A stretch of DNA of 64,000 nt from an uncultured Leptospirales bacterium (GTDB taxonomy: Bacteria > Spirochaetota > UBA4802 > UBA5550). The stretch is taken from the NCBI GenBank assembly GCA_964514165.1, contig CAZEPS010000001.1, positions 1,800 to 65,799 of the forward strand, given 5' to 3'. The number at the start of each line of letters is the position of its first letter. The first letter of the stretch is position 1. Positions 29,583-39,773 of the stretch are shown here, piece by piece. The notes beneath the pieces were generated by a model. It searched no databases and was not told the DNA's origin. It saw nothing but the letters and a program-made list of their open reading frames with translations. The position numbers and the translations under genes are program-made.

Positions 29583-30653
29583 TTAACGCTTCCCGTAATT
29601 CTTTTCAATCCATTCCCGGTATTCGCCGCTTCTGAGCCGCTCGACCCACTCCTCGTTTTCCATGTACCAGCGGATTGTCTCGTCAAGGCCCCGGGAAAAA
29701 TCATAATCCTGCTTCCACTGGAGTTCATTCTTTATCTTATCGCAGTTGATGGCGTATCTCCGGTCATGGCCGGGCCTGTCAGTGACATAGGTGATGAGCT
29801 TTATGTAATAGTCTTTTTCTTTTCCCTGGAAGTCTGCCATTTTCTCGCAGAGGACATTCACCAGTTTTATGTTCTCCCACTCGTTCTCGCCGCCGATATT
29901 GTAGGTTTCCCCGTTTCTACCACGCTGTAAAATCATCCACACCCCGGAATTGTGGTCATCCACGTAGAGCCAGTCCCGTATGTTCCGCCCGTCGCCGTAC
30001 ACCGGCAGGGGCTTCTCCTCTTTCATGTTCAGTATCATCAGGGGAATAAGCTTTTCCGGGAACTGGTAGGGGCCGTAATTGTTCGTGCAGTTCGATATGG
30101 TTACCGACAGGCCGTAGGTGTGATTATAGGCCATGACCAGGTGATCAGAAGAGGCCTTTGACGCTGAATAGGGGCTCCTGGGGTCGTAGGCTGTGTCTTC
30201 GTAAAAGTAACCGGTTTCGCCGAGGGAACCGTACACCTCATCAGTGCTGACGTGATGGAAATGGGTATCCTTTCGGTCCTTCCAGAGCTCCCGGACAATT
30301 TCCAGGAGGGTAAAGGTGCCGATTATATTGGTCTGGATGAATTCCCGGGGGCCGAATATTGACCGGTCAACGTGTGATTCCGCCGCAAAGTGAACAATCG
30401 TGTCAATATCATGTTTTATGAAGATGTCTCTCATCGTTTCATATTCCACGATATCTGCGTGTTCAAAAACATAGCGTTCTCCGCCGTATTCCTCTTCGAT
30501 CCCGGAGAGGTTCTCCGGGTTACCGGCGTAAGTAAGCTTGTCCACGTTGACAATTTTTCCCGCAAAATCCGTCTTTTTGAAAAGATAGTGTATGAAATTT
30601 GAACCGATAAAACCGGAGCCGCCGGTTACCAGCAGATTCTCGAGTTTTCTCAC
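29583..30653 (-). CDS. rfbB: dTDP-glucose 4,6-dehydratase
   Basis: LVTGGSGFIGSNF Rossmann motif and YSASKASSDHLV catalytic YxxxK region, at 356 aa. Confidence 0.9.
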   Translation of the reverse strand: MRKLENLLVTGGSGFIGSNFIHYLFKKTDFAGKIVNVDKLTYAGNPENLSGIEEEYGGERYVFEHADIVEYETMRDIFIKHDIDTIVHFAAESHVDRSIFGPREFIQTNIIGTFTLLEIVRELWKDRKDTHFHHVSTDEVYGSLGETGYFYEDTAYDPRSPYSASKASSDHLVMAYNHTYGLSVTISNCTNNYGPYQFPEKLIPLMILNMKEEKPLPVYGDGRNIRDWLYVDDHNSGVWMILQRGRNGETYNIGGENEWENIKLVNVLCEKMADFQGKEKDYYIKLITYVTDRPGHDRRYAINCDKIKNELQWKQDYDFSRGLDETIRWYMENEEWVERLRSGEYREWIEKNYGKR

Positions 30654-30684
30654 GATACCCCTCCACTCTGTTGTTTCTTTAGGG

Positions 30685-30809
30685 AACCTCTATTTATTAA
30701 ATATGAGGTTACCGTTTGGGTACGCAATATGGTTTAAATGTTACAGAGCCTTGATTAATCAAGGCCCTATAACTTTGTTAGATGTACCCTTTAATTGCAC
30801 AATTAATTC
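30685..30809. repeat. Copy of the composite intergenic repeat between rfbB and rfbD, overlapping the rfbD stop
   Basis: It contains an AACCTC-14 nt-GAGGTT hairpin, TTTGGGTACGCAATATGG, an 18-bp perfect palindrome GCCTTGATTAATCAAGGC that includes the rfbD stop codon, and TTAGATGTACCCTTTAATTGCACAATTAA. The last block encodes the final 11 aa of RfbD. Confidence 0.65.
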
Positions 30810-31646
30810 TTCAAGGGCCTCCTGCCAGGGCCTGATAGTTATTCCCAGGGATTCCCTTATTTTATCTTTGGACATGTACGAGTTTTTCGGCCGTGCCGCT
30901 CTGGTCGGATAGTCATCGGTCGTTATCGGAACAAGATTCACCTTACGGGAAACCAGACCGTGTTTCCGCGCCAGGGAATAAATCTCCCGTGCGAACTCGT
31001 ACCAGTTCGTTCTCCCCGCGTTGGTGAAATGATAAATCCCGTACCGGTTGAAATCTCTTTTAATGATATCGAGTATCGTTGCCGAAACATCCGCCGCGCA
31101 GGTCGGGCTTCCCCACTGGTCGCTCACGACCCGTACATCGTCCCGTTCGTTAAAAAGCCGGATCATGGTATACACGAAATTATTGCCATGAATGCCGAAA
31201 AACCAGGATATCCGAAAAATAAAAAAGTCTGTTAGTAATTCACGAACCTGTTCCTCTCCCCGGAGTTTGCTCAGCCCGTAAACCCCTTTCGGCCCGGTCT
31301 CATCGGTCTCGACATAGGCCCCTTCCTTCTCCCCTGAAAATACATAATCGGTAGAGACATGTACCAATTTCGTATTTTTCTCTTTCGCGATTTTCGCGAT
31401 ATTTTTTACCCCGTGTTCATTTATTTGAAAAGCGGCTTCCGGTTCATCTTCCGCTTTGTCAACCGCGGTGTAGGCCGAACAGTTTACTATCCAGGAAATG
31501 CTTTTATCCGAACTGAAGTTCATTAATTCATCATAATCGGTTATGTCAACCTCCCTGTCCGATGAAACATGTTTTAGTCCCGCCTCTTTAAGGCCAAGTT
31601 CCACCTCAGTTCCGAGCATCCCCCTGCTGCCGATGAGCCATATCAT
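30759..31646 (-). CDS. rfbD: dTDP-4-dehydrorhamnose reductase
   Basis: MIWLIGSRGMLGTEV N-terminus, about 295 aa, RmlD pattern. The last ~11 codons and the stop overlap a copy of the intergenic repeat family. Confidence 0.85.
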   Translation of the reverse strand: MIWLIGSRGMLGTEVELGLKEAGLKHVSSDREVDITDYDELMNFSSDKSISWIVNCSAYTAVDKAEDEPEAAFQINEHGVKNIAKIAKEKNTKLVHVSTDYVFSGEKEGAYVETDETGPKGVYGLSKLRGEEQVRELLTDFFIFRISWFFGIHGNNFVYTMIRLFNERDDVRVVSDQWGSPTCAADVSATILDIIKRDFNRYGIYHFTNAGRTNWYEFAREIYSLARKHGLVSRKVNLVPITTDDYPTRAARPKNSYMSKDKIRESLGITIRPWQEALEELIVQLKGTSNKVIGP

Positions 31647-32191
31647 TGAAACACCTCAGCATTCGCCAGAAACGGGAGCTTCCCGTCTTTTTCTGAGACC
31701 AGTGGATTTTCAATCTCCCAGTCCACGTTGATATCGGGATCATCCCACCTGATTCCCCGTTCCAGGTCCGGAGCGTATTCGTCTGTGCACTTGTAGAGTA
31801 AATGCACGTCGTCAGTGAGGGTCAGAAACCCATGGGCGAATCCCGGAGGGACATACATCATCAGGCTGTTCTCTGCAGTCAGCCTTTCACTGACCCACTG
31901 AAGAAAGGTGGGAGAGTTTTTCCTGATATCCACCGCCACGTCGAGCACGGCACCTTTTATCACGCGTACCAGTTTCCCCTGGGCCATTGGAGGCAGCTGA
32001 TAGTGGAGTCCCCTGAGAACGTTTTTTTGAGAGTAGGAGTGATTGTCCTGGACAAAGGCGGCATCGATGCCGTTCTTCGCGAAATCGCTCTTCTTGTATG
32101 ATTCGAGAAAGAACCCTCTCCCGTCAGGGAACACACGGGGTTCGATAAGAATCACGTCCTCTAACGCAAAGCTCCTGAAGGTAAAGGGCAT
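31643..32191 (-). CDS. rfbC: dTDP-4-dehydrorhamnose 3,5-epimerase
   Basis: 182 aa cupin. RGLHYQ...KLVRVIKGAVLDVAVD matches RmlC. Confidence 0.9.
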   Translation of the reverse strand: MPFTFRSFALEDVILIEPRVFPDGRGFFLESYKKSDFAKNGIDAAFVQDNHSYSQKNVLRGLHYQLPPMAQGKLVRVIKGAVLDVAVDIRKNSPTFLQWVSERLTAENSLMMYVPPGFAHGFLTLTDDVHLLYKCTDEYAPDLERGIRWDDPDINVDWEIENPLVSEKDGKLPFLANAEVFQ

Positions 32192-32192
32192 G

Positions 32193-33071
32193 TTATCCCT
32201 CCATCTCCATTACTTTCAACAGGTACTCGCCATAGCCGGACTTGAGCAGGGGGTCGGCAAGGTCCCGCAGTTCATCAGCGTTAATGTATCCCATCTTATA
32301 GGCTATCTCTTCAATACACGAGATCTTCAAGCCCTGCCGGTCCTCGATTGCCTTGACAAAACTAGAGGCTTCATGCATGGAAGCGTGGGTCCCGGTGTCG
32401 AGCCAGGCGAACCCCCTTCCCATGAGTTTGACCCGAAGCCGGTTTTTCTCCATGTAGGTCGTGTTGATGTCGGTAATCTCAATCTCCCCCCGGGGCGACG
32501 GTTTCAAGGATTTCGCTATTTGAACCACGTCGTTGTCGTAAAAATACAGACCGACCACGGCATAGTTTGATTTCGGCTTTTCCGGCTTCTCTTCAATGGA
32601 TGTTACACTGCCGTTTTTATCGAACGCCACGACACCGTACCGCTCAGGGTCTTTCACGAAGTAGCCGAACACAGTTGCCCCTTCCTTCTGTGAAGCAGCT
32701 TCCCGGAGCAGTTCCGGAAGCCCGTGGCCGTAAAACAGGTTGTCACCGAGTATCATGCACACTGAATCATTTCCGATGAATTCATCGCCGATTATAAAGG
32801 CGTCCGCCAGACCCCTCGGGTATTCCTGTACCCGGTATGTCAGGCTGATACCGAATTTGTTTCCGTTACCAAGAAGATTTTCGATACGCGGGGTGTCCTC
32901 AGGTGTAGAGATAATGAGAATATCCCTGATCCCCGCCAGCATAAGTGTCGAAAGGGGATAATAGATTGTTGGTTTATCGTACACCGGAAGCAGCTGTTTG
33001 CATACAACCTGCGTCAGGGGATAGAGCCTTGTGCCGGACCCGCCGGCGAGAATTATTCCTTTCATGTGCAC
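32193..33071 (-). CDS. rfbA: Glucose-1-phosphate thymidylyltransferase
   Basis: [18 protein letters not shown] at the N-terminus. The exact start codon is uncertain: the first codon of the track ORF or the ATG two codons in. Confidence 0.9.
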   Translation of the reverse strand: MHMKGIILAGGSGTRLYPLTQVVCKQLLPVYDKPTIYYPLSTLMLAGIRDILIISTPEDTPRIENLLGNGNKFGISLTYRVQEYPRGLADAFIIGDEFIGNDSVCMILGDNLFYGHGLPELLREAASQKEGATVFGYFVKDPERYGVVAFDKNGSVTSIEEKPEKPKSNYAVVGLYFYDNDVVQIAKSLKPSPRGEIEITDINTTYMEKNRLRVKLMGRGFAWLDTGTHASMHEASSFVKAIEDRQGLKISCIEEIAYKMGYINADELRDLADPLLKSGYGEYLLKVMEMEG

Positions 33072-33123
33072 TCCTTCGCAACAGTATTAGTTATTAAAGT
33101 TTTTCTACAACTCAATTACATTT

Positions 33124-34413
33124 TTAAATAGATACGGCATTGCTGTTTTTATTTTTGTTATTTAAAACCAAAGGAGCATAAAGTACAAAAAGAAAAAACA
33201 AATCCTCAATCCAAAAAAAAGTAAAAAAAAGCATATCTTCAAAGAAACTGTAAACTAAAAATGATAAAACAATTCCTGCAAGTATTCTATAATGCTTATT
33301 CTTAAAACCTAAGACCATAATATATGTTATAACTGAAATAAATACGATTGATGCAATTATACCATAACGGCCCCATGTTTCCAGGATTACATTATGTAAA
33401 GAAGTTAACTTCAGTACCAGGATATTTGTTTTTGCAGCGTAACCCTTTCCAAATAAAAATTTTATTATATCAAAATTATTAAACTGATCCTTCAAAAAGA
33501 TTATCCAGATATCAATTCTTTTCGAGCTACCGGTCTTGAGTGTTTTTTCAATTATTATATCCAGTAATCCAGTACGGATAATACCAGCTATAAAAATCAG
33601 GAATATAGCTGATAATAGGATGAAAAACCATTTCTTATTGAAAATTTCTTTTATATCGTTAAATAATATGAATAAAACAACAATTGAAAAAATAAAACTT
33701 GAAAGAATACAATTACGGCAACGGGACACCAGAATAAAAATAATAAAAATACAGGAATGAAGAAAAAACAAAATCGATATCATGTACCCTTTTTTAATTT
33801 TATAATACATGAATAAAGATGTAGAAGACAAAAAACCAATTAATAACGAATATCCAAATCTATTAGGATTTATAGGAATTCCAAAATTATTTTTATTATT
33901 TATCAGTACAATAAACTCATTAACGGATTTAGAAGCAGCCAAACTGTTTATATCAGGAATAATAATTAATAATATGTTTAAAATTGAAATTATAAATACC
34001 GTGTATAAGATAATGATTAAAAACTTTTTATCTTTATGTATAATCCAAAAAGAAGAAATACATAAATAAGAAAACCCAATTATTAATGGCTCTACAATAT
34101 TAACATATAACTGTTCCCCGCTCAATATTCCAGAAAAAATCATCAAGGTAATAAATACAAAGATCAGTTTTTCATCAATTCTAAATGTTAAACCATTCCC
34201 ATAAATTCTATGAACAAAGAATGATATCAATATTGCAAATATTGCAAGTTTAAAACCTTTATACAAAACATTGTTATTAATAATTGCAGGTAACGTGAAA
34301 AGATAGGAAATAAATAACAACGAAATCAGTAATGAAATAACAATTATATCATTATAGAATAGATTGAAGAGTTTATCTAAATAATTATACTTAATTTTTT
34401 TAATCATTGTCAT
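33124..34413 (-). CDS. Polytopic membrane protein, probable O-antigen polymerase/ligase (Wzy/O-antigen ligase-like)
   Basis: 429 aa with about 10-12 TM helices and a larger periplasmic loop, in a very AT-rich and evidently foreign-composition segment. No conserved motif, so the call rests on topology and locus context. Confidence 0.5.
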   Translation of the reverse strand: MTMIKKIKYNYLDKLFNLFYNDIIVISLLISLLFISYLFTLPAIINNNVLYKGFKLAIFAILISFFVHRIYGNGLTFRIDEKLIFVFITLMIFSGILSGEQLYVNIVEPLIIGFSYLCISSFWIIHKDKKFLIIILYTVFIISILNILLIIIPDINSLAASKSVNEFIVLINNKNNFGIPINPNRFGYSLLIGFLSSTSLFMYYKIKKGYMISILFFLHSCIFIIFILVSRCRNCILSSFIFSIVVLFILFNDIKEIFNKKWFFILLSAIFLIFIAGIIRTGLLDIIIEKTLKTGSSKRIDIWIIFLKDQFNNFDIIKFLFGKGYAAKTNILVLKLTSLHNVILETWGRYGIIASIVFISVITYIMVLGFKNKHYRILAGIVLSFLVYSFFEDMLFFTFFWIEDLFFLFVLYAPLVLNNKNKNSNAVSI

Positions 34414-34576
34414 AAACTTAATAATGCACTTATTTTGGTATCTACTCAGCTATTGCTGAATAGATGTACATTTTTATAAAAATTGGCTATATAACTCTTT
34501 TTCATGTAATGTGCACATAATTGCACATAGCTGAGTAATTACTTATTCTGTATATATCTAAATGTATCAGGATTAT

Positions 34577-35458
34577 TTACCTGTGAAGACCCTCGAACTT
34601 TCCAAATTTTCCCTTTTTGAAATCAATATAGCCCTGTATAATAGAACTGATTTTTTTTAATTTATCTTTTTCAAACAGAACAATCTTACTGAATTCATAG
34701 AAGAAAGCCTCAATTTGCTCTTTTTTATATTGCGGAAACTCATTTTGATATAATTTCGATACATGACATGCATTTCTCGTTATATAATATCTTCTTCTGG
34801 GTGAATGGTTAGTTGTTACCTGAGGTCTACAAAATAGATTGTGATGTGTGATATTACCGAGATTGTGATCCATAATCACTGCATTTACCCTGAGTACATG
34901 ATATCTATTACTATGTAGACGCAAACAATATTCATCATCAACTTTATCAATAAAAAGCTGATTACAATATCCTCCAACCTTTGAGTAAATATCCAGGTTT
35001 ACCAGATTACCGGACGTCAAGACGCAAAGCTGTTCTTCAACTTCCTTTTCTGGCACCTGTGTGTATGAGTTATCACTGGGGAATGGGGCCATTACTCCGA
35101 CATTATTTAGATTATAACTATATTTTTCTGTATAATAAACTAGATTATTAACCGTATTTTTCCTTAACCTGCTATCCTGATCCATAGTCAACATATAATT
35201 ATATCCCCTGTCAATGGCCAGTTGAGCTCCTGTATTCAAAGCAGCGGCGATACCAATATTCTCATTATTTCTATGTACGATTACTCTTTCATGTTCCGCT
35301 ATTGATAGTAACGATTCTGGAACAGGACCCTCAGTATTATCAATAACAATAAGCAGATCTATCTGATCAATATACGTATTAACAATATCAGGAAAATCAT
35401 CAGCAGGCTGAAAAGTTACCACTACACCACAGATTTTTTGTTTAGATACATTCATCAT
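34577..35458 (-). CDS. Glycosyltransferase family 2
   Basis: ICGVVVTFQPADDFPDIVNTYIDQIDLLIVIDN, with DxD downstream. GT-A fold. Confidence 0.75.
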   Translation of the reverse strand: MMNVSKQKICGVVVTFQPADDFPDIVNTYIDQIDLLIVIDNTEGPVPESLLSIAEHERVIVHRNNENIGIAAALNTGAQLAIDRGYNYMLTMDQDSRLRKNTVNNLVYYTEKYSYNLNNVGVMAPFPSDNSYTQVPEKEVEEQLCVLTSGNLVNLDIYSKVGGYCNQLFIDKVDDEYCLRLHSNRYHVLRVNAVIMDHNLGNITHHNLFCRPQVTTNHSPRRRYYITRNACHVSKLYQNEFPQYKKEQIEAFFYEFSKIVLFEKDKLKKISSIIQGYIDFKKGKFGKFEGLHR

Positions 35459-35643
35459 AGTACCAGTACATTTTTTTGTGCAAATTTTTACAAATGGTTC
35501 CTCTATATGATAGCGTCAAGAAAGATTTACAATGCATATTATAATTGACAATTACTGGTATCATGCGGGAAGGAAAAAATACTTGCATTTCATATGTTTA
35601 GGAAAATCCTATCCATTTAAATAAGAGAAACGGCAATTTTTCC

Positions 35644-37269
35644 ATGCTTTTTAATTCATTACAATTCATGCTTTTTTTCCCGGCAGTAGTAATTATTTAC
35701 TATCTGCTCCCGTACCGATGGCGGTATCTCCACCTGCTGTTCGCCAGCTATTTCTTTTACATGAGCTGGGAACCAGGCTATGCGATATTAATTTTTATTA
35801 CAACAGTTATTGTGTATACCACCGGCATCGCCATGCATGGAAAATCAAAAGCTGTCAAACGGCGACTGGTGGCCCTGAGTATCGTATCCAATCTCGGAAT
35901 CCTCTTTACTTTCAAGTATTTTAATTTTTTCAGCAGTAATTTTAACAACCTTTTCTCGTTTATGGACCTTAACCTGACATTTCCCTATCTCAAATTTCTC
36001 CTCCCAGTGGGGATTTCATTTTACACCCTTCAGGCACTGAGTTATACAATCGATTTATATCGCGGTGACAGGGAACCGGAACGCCATTTCGGTATATTCG
36101 CCCTGTATGTCAGTTTTTTTCCCCAGCTTGTGGCCGGTCCCATCGAGCGGTCAACTAGGCTGATGCCCCAGTTTCATGAGAAATTTGATTTTGACTATAA
36201 CAGGGTCGTAGACGGACTTAAAATAATGGCCTGGGGTTTCTTTAAGAAACTGGTTGTAGCCGACCGTTTGGCGCAATATGTCGATATCGTTTATAATAAT
36301 CCTCAGGCCCATGAAGGCGGTGTGCTGGTCATAGCCACCTATTTCTTCATATTTCAGGTCTATTGCGACTTTTCAGCCTATTCTGACATAGCTATCGGAG
36401 CAGCCCAGGTCATGGGTTACCGGCTCATGGACAATTTCAAACGGCCCTATCACTCGAAAAGTATAGCTGAACTGTGGCAGCGGTGGCATATCTCTCTGAC
36501 ATCATGGTTTAGAGATTACGTGTATATACCCCTCGGGGGAAACAGGGTATCCGAGTTACGGTGGAACATCAATATATTGATTGTATTCGTGCTCAGCGGC
36601 CTGTGGCATGGAGCTGAATGGACCTTTGTTGTGTGGGCCTCCCTGAACGGTATCTTTACCATTATCGGATTCTACACGGCCAAAAATCGAAAGGCATTAA
36701 AAGACCGGCTCTTCAATATTCTCATTACCGGAAACACGGTACTGGTAGCCGGGGTTGGTCTTGCTGCTGTATTATTTGGCGTCGTTACGAATGAAATCGG
36801 CCTCAGCGCGGATGTCGGTATTAATATAAAGAAGATATTCTTCCTGCTCATCGGATCCTTCATTATTTTTTCAACTATCGGAAAGTTTGTAAACAGAGAT
36901 TTCATCTCAGCTTCTATCGAAAATGTTAAAAAACTTATCAGTATCCTCATCACCTTCCATCTTTTTACCATAGCCGGTGTATTCTTCAGGGCTAAATCGA
37001 TACAGGACGGCTGGTATATAATAACCCATTCTTTCAGCAGGAACTGGGACAACCTTAGACTCGCCTTCAGCAAGACGGATTTTTTCTACATGTTTCTCTC
37101 AATAATCATAATGGAAGGATTTCATGTTATCCAGAGCCATGGAAGCATCCGCCAGATGCTCAGAAACAAGCCCCTGATCATTCGCTGGATATTTTATTAC
37201 CTCCTCATCCAGTCGATCATTCTCTACGGTGTATTTGAGGAGAAACAGTTTATCTATTTTCAGTTTTGA
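35644..37269 (+). CDS. MBOAT-family membrane O-acyltransferase (AlgI/DltB/PatA-like)
   Basis: Polytopic, with the conserved MBOAT His region WQRWHISLTSWFRDYVYIPLGGN and a second WHGAEW. Confidence 0.8.
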   Translation: MLFNSLQFMLFFPAVVIIYYLLPYRWRYLHLLFASYFFYMSWEPGYAILIFITTVIVYTTGIAMHGKSKAVKRRLVALSIVSNLGILFTFKYFNFFSSNFNNLFSFMDLNLTFPYLKFLLPVGISFYTLQALSYTIDLYRGDREPERHFGIFALYVSFFPQLVAGPIERSTRLMPQFHEKFDFDYNRVVDGLKIMAWGFFKKLVVADRLAQYVDIVYNNPQAHEGGVLVIATYFFIFQVYCDFSAYSDIAIGAAQVMGYRLMDNFKRPYHSKSIAELWQRWHISLTSWFRDYVYIPLGGNRVSELRWNINILIVFVLSGLWHGAEWTFVVWASLNGIFTIIGFYTAKNRKALKDRLFNILITGNTVLVAGVGLAAVLFGVVTNEIGLSADVGINIKKIFFLLIGSFIIFSTIGKFVNRDFISASIENVKKLISILITFHLFTIAGVFFRAKSIQDGWYIITHSFSRNWDNLRLAFSKTDFFYMFLSIIIMEGFHVIQSHGSIRQMLRNKPLIIRWIFYYLLIQSIILYGVFEEKQFIYFQF

Positions 37270-37276
37270 GGGAACT

Positions 37277-38305
37277 ATGGGCTTACGAAGATTTATTGTA
37301 AATGCTACTATTCTCGTGATAATTTCACTGGGCCCCCTGGCCATGTATAATTTATATATGGATACGTTTGTTGTGTTCCGTAAAGATTATTCAGGCCATA
37401 AGAACGTTGCTAACCAGCATTACCTGAAGATAAAACACCTGCTCGACAACAAAACAAAGTATGACTCATACCTGTTCGGATCATCAAAAGTCGGCAGAAC
37501 CGAATGCTGCATGGTCCCATACGGAGAATGGTATAACATGTCCTATTCCAAAGGAGTCCCCCTTGATCATTTAAATGACCTGAAACTTATGCTCAGAAAA
37601 GGGGTACATGTTAAAAACGTACTCATCGGAATAGACATGCTCTCATACAAAATCAATCCCTATGAAAATTATACCCAGGCACTATGGAAACCCTACCCTG
37701 AAACACTCTATGAAAAATTAGAGTTTTTTATCAGTTACCTGTTGCTGAAACCGGTTGGCAAACTATTCGTTCAGAAAAAAACTGAAATGGTGTTTTTCGA
37801 TCGGTACCAAACCGGTGTCCTGTTCAATCCCGAAATTGATGCTAATATCGAAAAAAATCTTGAAAAACACATAAACGCTGACTATTTCAATGAAGGCTGG
37901 ACAACCGCAGGAGACAGGGTTAAGAAAACTCTTAATGAAATCAGGGAAATCCTGGAACTATCCGAACAACATGGTATTACATGCAAGATCTTCCTGAATC
38001 CTGAACATCCAAAAACATACATAGATAACGGGGTAGATCAGTTCTATAAGTTCAAAAAAGGTCTCGCAATGCTGACAGATTACTGGGATTTCAGCGGTAT
38101 TGACAGTATCTCAACCAGCAATTATTATTTTTATGAAACACTCCACTACCGTCCCATGGTGGGTACAATGATGATGGAGATCATGTTTGATCTTGAAAAG
38201 AAAACCGCACCTGCTGACTTCGGGTCTTATGTAACCAGTGAAACCATTGATGAGCACATAAACCGGCAGAATTCAGATCTCAGCACATACCTTTCATCAC
38301 AATAG
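37277..38305 (+). CDS. Periplasmic partner of the MBOAT acyltransferase (DltD/AlgJ/AlgX-like), putative
   Basis: N-terminal TM anchor and FGSSKVG, a possible SGNH/DltD-like Ser motif. Position immediately after the MBOAT gene, overlapping its stop. Low sequence certainty. Confidence 0.4.
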   Translation: MGLRRFIVNATILVIISLGPLAMYNLYMDTFVVFRKDYSGHKNVANQHYLKIKHLLDNKTKYDSYLFGSSKVGRTECCMVPYGEWYNMSYSKGVPLDHLNDLKLMLRKGVHVKNVLIGIDMLSYKINPYENYTQALWKPYPETLYEKLEFFISYLLLKPVGKLFVQKKTEMVFFDRYQTGVLFNPEIDANIEKNLEKHINADYFNEGWTTAGDRVKKTLNEIREILELSEQHGITCKIFLNPEHPKTYIDNGVDQFYKFKKGLAMLTDYWDFSGIDSISTSNYYFYETLHYRPMVGTMMMEIMFDLEKKTAPADFGSYVTSETIDEHINRQNSDLSTYLSSQ

Positions 38306-38311
38306 AATTAC

Positions 38312-39772
38312 ATGAAAAACAAACAGCGACTTTTCATCAATTCCATCTTCATGACCTCTGCCACTCTGTTCGAAAAATTAATTTTTTTCATAGCAACAAT
38401 GATAATAGCACGGTATCTCAGTGCGGAACAATACGGTGAATATGCAACAGCCCTTGGAATAGCAACTTTTTTCGGACTCATTTCAAATCTCGGTATAGCC
38501 GGCACTGCGATTCGTGCAATAAACCTGAAACCGGAATTCGAGGACCAGTACTATTCAAGCATCCTCGTCCTGAAGACTTTCCTGTCACTGGTCATTTATG
38601 GAGGCCTCCTCGGCTATCTTGCTCTCGCTTCATTCATGCAGTTCTATAACACTGATCCGGTCAGGAATAAAAGCGTCATTATTCTCACCGTAATATTCGG
38701 GCTCGTCAGGCTGTCCACAGAATTTATCCAGACAACCTACTCCCTGTTTGAAGCAAAGGAAAAATTCAAACTTATATCCGGAGCGTTGGCCCTTTTTTCA
38801 ATATTGTATATAACAGGCACACTCATAGTGGTTCTCTACAGGGGCGATTACTTTGATATAGTTTCCGTAAGACTCGGTATTAATGTCATATTCATGCTCG
38901 GAATCCTTTATACACTGACTAAATTTTATACGTTCAACTTCAAGCTAAAGAACCTGAAAATATTTCTAATCGAGTCCATACCTTTCTCACTGACATTTAT
39001 TTTCGCCAATGTCATCATCAACACCAGTATATTTCTTTTACCGGTTATACATGAAACAGTGTATGCGGGATATTACCAGAATGCCTTTCTCTTCTATATA
39101 TCAATTTCTTTTATACCCATCAGCATGGCCAAGGTACTCCTCCCGTTCCTGTTTAAGTTCAAATTTGACGTTAATCCAGATAAGTTTCAATTCGCCTTCA
39201 AAATTTATTCCAAGTTTTTCAGTATCGTATCGTTTTTTTTCGTTATCATCTTCTTTATCTTTTCCCATGAACTAATCACCTACATTTTCGGCGATAAATA
39301 CAGTGAATCCATACCCGTACTGCAGGTCTTCGCCCTGGCTGTCCCCTTTTCCTCAAACCCGGCGCCGTGGATAATAACGACCCTTGACAAGCAGGAATAT
39401 AATTCCCTGATTAACGGGATTGCAGCAGTGATAAACATAATAGCCAATATATTACTTATCTGGTATTTCAAGGCTGAAGGAGCGGCAGCAGCAATGGTTA
39501 TAACCTTTGCCGTGATTTACCTCCTGTCCCACATCTATCTGGTCAAGAATGGATATGTCAGGTATACCCCTGTTTTTCTTATGCGCCTGAAGCTTTTAAT
39601 CACAGTTGTCTGTATCTACCTGGCCAACAGTTTTATTTTTCAAGATATGTTTTTCATCATCCCCCTGGCCGTTTCCGTACTGGTTTACCTTGCCGTTGTC
39701 TATGTATTCATAATGGAAAAGGATGATTTCAGAATTATACGGGAAACCCTTCCCCTGAACAGGGGTGAATGA
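38312..39772 (+). CDS. wzx: Polysaccharide biosynthesis protein / oligosaccharide flippase (Wzx, MOP superfamily)
   Basis: 486 aa with about 12-14 TM helices and the typical PST-family length and topology. Confidence 0.7.
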   Translation: MKNKQRLFINSIFMTSATLFEKLIFFIATMIIARYLSAEQYGEYATALGIATFFGLISNLGIAGTAIRAINLKPEFEDQYYSSILVLKTFLSLVIYGGLLGYLALASFMQFYNTDPVRNKSVIILTVIFGLVRLSTEFIQTTYSLFEAKEKFKLISGALALFSILYITGTLIVVLYRGDYFDIVSVRLGINVIFMLGILYTLTKFYTFNFKLKNLKIFLIESIPFSLTFIFANVIINTSIFLLPVIHETVYAGYYQNAFLFYISISFIPISMAKVLLPFLFKFKFDVNPDKFQFAFKIYSKFFSIVSFFFVIIFFIFSHELITYIFGDKYSESIPVLQVFALAVPFSSNPAPWIITTLDKQEYNSLINGIAAVINIIANILLIWYFKAEGAAAAMVITFAVIYLLSHIYLVKNGYVRYTPVFLMRLKLLITVVCIYLANSFIFQDMFFIIPLAVSVLVYLAVVYVFIMEKDDFRIIRETLPLNRGE

Positions 39773-39773
39773 C

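Noticed and set aside
33060-33072. Apparent inability to reconcile the first three codons of rfbA with the printed bases (possible frameshift)
   Set aside because: The ORF track gives an intact 292-aa RfbA, and downstream codons match the sequence perfectly. I attribute the mismatch to my own hand-counting at this spot rather than a real frameshift.
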